Shown in pieces: positions 36,401 through 39,596 of a DNA stretch of 39,596 nucleotides. The translations under genes and the position numbers were made by a program. Numbering within the stretch: the first letter of the stretch is position 1; every line of letters starts with the position of its first letter. The stretch comes from Macrostomum lignano (lineage: Eukaryota): assembly GCA_002269645.1 (NCBI GenBank), contig NIVC01002765.1, positions 1 to 39,596 of the forward strand, given 5' to 3'. Below the pieces are notes generated by a model. That model did no database searches. It worked only from the letters and a program-made list of their open reading frames with translations, and was not told where the DNA came from.

Positions 36401-39094
36401 AGGGTAGCTCCATCGATGAACCTGTGGGTAGCTCCATCGAATGACCTGTGGGTAGCTCCATCGAATGACCTGTGGGTAGCTCCATCGAATGACCTGTGGG
36501 TAGCTCCATCGAATGACCTGTGGGTAGCTCCATCGAATGACCTGTGGGTAGCTCCATCGAATGACCTGTGGGTAGCTCCATCGAATGACCTGTGGGTAGC
36601 TCCATCGAATGACCTGTGGGTAGCTCCATCGAATGACCTGTGGGTAGCTCCATCGATGACCTGAGGGTAGCTCCATCGATGAACCTGAGGGTAGCTCCAT
36701 CGATGAACCTGAGGGTAGCTCCATCGGATGAACCTGAGGGTAGCTCCATCGGATGAACCTGAGGGTAGCTCCATCGATGAACCTGAGGGTAGCTCCATCG
36801 AATGAACCTGAGGGTAGCTCCATCGATGAACCTGAGGGTAGCTCCATCGAATGACCTGTGGGTAGCTCCATCGAATGACCTGTGGGTAGCTCCATCGAAT
36901 GACCTGTGGGTAGCTCCATCGAATGACCTGTGGGTAGCTCCATCGAATGACCTGTGGGTAGCTCCATCGAATGACCTGTGGGTAGCTCCATCGAATGACC
37001 TGTGGGTAGCTCCATCGATGAACCTGAGGTAGCTCCATCGATGAACCTGAGGGTAGCTCCATCGGATGAACCTGAGGGTAGCTCCATCGATGACCTGTGG
37101 GTAGCTCCATCGAATGACCTGTGGGTAGCTCCATCGAATGACCTGTGGTAGCTCCATCGAATGACCTGTGGGTAGCTCCATCGAATGACCTGTGGGTAGC
37201 TCCATCGAATGACCTGTGGGTAGCTCCATCGAATGACCTGTGGGTAGCTCCATCGAATGACCTGTGGTAGCTCCATCGATGACCTGTGGGTAGCTCCATC
37301 GAATGACCTGTGGGTAGCTCCATCGAATGAACCTGAGGGTAGCTCCATCGATGAACCTGAGGGTAGCTCCATCGATGAACCTGAGGGTAGCTCCATCGAT
37401 GAACCTGAGGGTAGCTCCATCGGATGAACCTGAGGGTAGCTCCATCGATGAACCTGAGGGTAGCTCCATCGATGAACCTGTGAGTAGCTCCATCGAATGA
37501 CCTGTGGGTAGCTCCATCGATGAACCTGAGGGTAGCTCCATCGAACCTGGGTAGCTCCATCGATGAATCTGAGGGTAGCTCCATCGATGACCTGTGGGTA
37601 GCTCCATCGAGACCTGTGGGTAGCTCCATCGATGACCTGTGGGTAGCTCCATCGAATGACCTGTGGGTAGCTCCATCGAATGACCTGTGGGTAGCTCCAT
37701 CGAATGACCTGTGGGTAGCTCCATCGAATGACCTGTGGGTAGCTCCATCGAATGACCTGTGGGTAGCTCCATCGAATGACCTGTGGGTAGCTCCATCGGA
37801 TGAACCTGAGGGTAGCTCCATCGATGACCTGTGGGTAGCTCCATCGAATGACCTGTGGGTAGCTCCATCGAATGACCTGTGGGTAGCTCCATCGAATGAC
37901 CTGTGGGTAGCTCCATCGAATGACCTGTGGGTAGCTCCATCGAATGACCTGGGTAGCTCCATCGAATGAACCTGAGGGTAGCTCCATCGGATGAACCTGA
38001 GGGTAGCTCCATCGATGAACCTGAGGGTAGCTCCATCGATGAACCTGAGGGTAGCTCCATCGGATGAACCTGAGGGTAGCTCCATCGGATGAACCTGAGG
38101 GTAGCTCCATCGATGAATCTGAGGGTAGCTCCATCGAATGACCTGTGGGTAGCTCCATCGAATGACCTGTGGGTAGCTCCATCGAATGACCTGTGGGTAG
38201 CTCCATCGAATGACCTGTGGGTAGCTCCATCGAATGACCTGTGGGTAGCTCCATCGAATGACCTGTGGGTAGCTCCATCGAATGACCTGTGGGTAGCTCC
38301 ATCGAATGACCTGTGGGTAGCTCCATCGAATGACCTGTGGGTAGCTCCATCGAATGACCTGTGGGTAGCTCCATCGAATGACCTGTGGGTAGCTCCATCG
38401 AATGACCTGTGGGTAGCTCCATCGATGAACCTGAGGGTAGCTCCATCGATGAACCTGAGGGTAGCTCCATCGATGAACCTGTGAGGTAGCTCCATCGATG
38501 AACCTGAGGGTAGCTCCATCGATGACCTGTGGGTAGCTCCATCGAATGACCTGTGGGTAGCTCCATCGAATGACCTGTGGTAGCTCCATCGAATGACCTG
38601 TGGGTAGCTCCATCGAATGACCTGTGGGTAGCTCCATCGAATGACCTGTGGGTAGCTCCATCGAATGACCTGTGGGTAGCTCCATCGAATGACCTGGGTA
38701 GCTCCATCGAATGACCTGTGGGTAGCTCCATCGAGGGACCTGTGGGTAGCTCCATCGAATGACCTGTGGGTAGCTCCATCGAATGAACCTGAGGGTAGCT
38801 CCATCGGATGAACCTGAGGGTAGCTCCATCGATGAACCTGAGGTAGCTCCATCGGATGAACCTGAGGGTAGCTCCATCGGATGACCTGAGGGTAGCTCCA
38901 TCGGATGAATCCTGAGTAGCTCCATCGGATGAACCTGAGGGTAGCTCCATCGGATGAACCTGAGGGTAGCTCCATCGGATGAATCTGAGGTAGTTCCATC
39001 GATGAATCTGAGGGTAGCTCCAATGAGGGACCTGTGGGTAGCTCCATCGAGGACTGTGGTAGCTCCATCGAATGACCTGTTGGTAGTACCATTC
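449..39094. repeat. Giant interstitial tandem (satellite/minisatellite) array of 23-25 bp monomers, two monomer classes in alternating blocks
   Basis: Seen directly. The invariant core GGGTAGCTCCATC recurs every 23-25 bp from ~462 to ~39070 with no spacers or unique insertions and always in the same orientation. T-type is GAATGACCTGTGGGTAGCTCCATC; A-type is G(G)ATGAACCTGAGGGTAGCTCCATC. Monomer GC is 13/24 to 14/25 (54-56%), higher than the AT-richer right flank. Confidence 0.99.
20984..37000. repeat. Higher-order super-repeat, period ~9.74-9.77 kb (best-resolved copy pair ~21-27 kb vs ~30.7-36.8 kb)
   Basis: Rare variant monomers recur at fixed offsets: 23705/33476, 24715/34486, 24924/34695 and 25212/34983 (all 9,771 bp); 25080/34849 (9,769); 21828/31574 (9,746); 20984/30725 (9,741); 27053/36800 (9,747). 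Positions were read by eye; copy boundaries are not defined. Confidence 0.75.
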
Positions 39095-39113
39095 AGTCTT
39101 GTGAGTATTTCCA
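38730..39113. repeat. Increasingly diverged right-edge monomers of the array
   Basis: Seen directly: variants not noticed in the interior, including GAGGGACCTGTGGG (~38733, ~39025), GAATCCTGAGTAGC (~38887), GTAGTTCCATC (~38990), GAGGACTGTGGT (~39049) and the last unit GAATGACCTGTTGGTAGTACCATTC (39070-39094). A relic TGTGAGTATTTCCA (39100-39113) matches the variant TGTGAGTAGCTCCA at 12/14. Confidence 0.85.
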
Positions 39114-39458
39114 GGGTTAGCCGCTGAGAGTTTTTGGTATTTAACTGAAATTCTAAGTCATTATTTAGAATCGATTAATAATTAAAGTGAATTGCAATCC
39201 TACGAAGTTGAGTTAGTTTGTTAAGCTACGACGTGCGTAAAACTCGTGTCTAGCAGTGCGCTATCTATCCAGCCACATTTTACCAGCAACTAGACATGTG
39301 GCAAGTCTACAGTACGCTTTCAGTTGCAATCTAAAAGCTAGACAGAAGTGTGGGAGAGCAGGTTCATCATATTTTATGCTTGCTCTAGAATCGTTTCTCT
39401 TTATTTTTTACTGTGCCAAGCAATTTTTTTGCAATCTATTAAGTAATGTATAGGAGGT

Positions 39459-39596
39459 TCTCTCTTGCACTGTCTCTTAGGCGCGAAGCAATTTAATTCA
39501 CTGTACAGATCTGCCTTGCTAATATTACAGACGAACTGGTTCTGTGCCCCTAGAATTAGCGATTTCCTCCGTTCCCCCAGTGCGACTTTCTCTCGT
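39459..39596 (+). other. Candidate 3' splice sites in the right flank
   Basis: Pyrimidine tract TCTCTCTTGCACTGTCTCTTAG ends at 39480. A branch-point-like GCTAAT (39518-39523) is followed by TACAG (ends 39530). At least one frame is open from each site to the window end, but the stretches are too short to be significant. Confidence 0.22.

Noticed and set aside
1032-38484. About 100 short plus-strand ORFs (NDLWVAPS / MNLRVAPS / DEPEGSSI repeats)
   Set aside because: They are the one or two open frames through runs of 24-mers and end at the next 23- or 25-mer; purely a by-product of the repeat.
303-39092. 12,929-aa, 12,825-aa, 9,162-aa and 3,615-aa minus-strand ORFs as real giant repeat proteins or peptide precursors
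   Set aside because: All three frames are open and encode the same mosaic. Units of 23 and 25 bp constantly shift frame. There is no signal peptide, dibasic (Kex2-type) cleavage site or domain, and a stop-free strand is expected for roughly a third of random 24-mers.
449-39094. CRISPR array
   Set aside because: Units abut directly with no unique spacers, and there are no cas genes or leader in the window.
449-39094. Telomeric repeat of budding-yeast type (23-25 bp units, CGGATG motif as in Candida telomeres)
   Set aside because: The array has unique DNA on both sides, no G-rich strand bias and no GGTGT motif next to CGGATG. It has two classes differing at three linked sites plus kb-scale HORs, unlike telomerase-templated repeats. 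An ancient interstitial origin cannot be fully excluded.
449-39094. Wholly artificial sequence (single-molecule concatemer or assembler loop)
   Set aside because: Diverged edge monomers blending into unique flanks, and consistent substitution markers, indicate a real array. Its length and indel variants remain suspect and are reported as findings.
430-39130. Mobile-element insertion bounded by TSD/TIR/LTR
   Set aside because: No direct or inverted terminal repeats at the two junctions and no transposase or RT coding sequence; both ends decay gradually.
39272-39309. Inverted repeats GCCACAT/ATGTGGC and TAGAC/GTCTA in the right flank; GCGCTAGCGC palindrome at 244-253
   Set aside because: Stems of 5-7 bp are expected by chance; no terminator, tRNA or transposon-end context.
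39256-39453. 65-aa plus-strand ORF in the right flank
   Set aside because: GTG start, short, runs through T-rich intron/intergenic-like sequence, and no recognisable motif.

Overview
About 97.5% of this window (~449-39094, roughly 1,600 monomers estimated from length) is one uninterrupted head-to-tail tandem array of 23-25 bp units. Two monomer classes alternate in blocks. T-type is GAATGACCTGTGGGTAGCTCCATC (24 bp). A-type is GGATGAACCTGAGGGTAGCTCCATC (25 bp) or its 24-bp form GATGAACCTGAGGGTAGCTCCATC. The array is hierarchical: monomer, then a ~0.3-0.4 kb block cycle, ~1.0 and ~1.9 kb sub-repeats, and a ~9.3-9.8 kb super-repeat, with many marker pairs exactly 9,771 bp apart. It decays into degenerate monomers at both ends. 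The short unique flanks (1-~440 and ~39114-39596) carry spliceosomal-type GT/AG signals, which suggests a eukaryotic locus and possibly an array inside an intron; this is weakly supported. The giant minus-strand ORFs (up to 12,929 aa) arise because neither monomer has a stop triplet on that strand, so they are not called as genes. Much of the single-base deletion variation looks like long-read consensus artefact. No recognisable gene, RNA gene, mobile element or CRISPR array was found, and the organism cannot be identified from this sequence.
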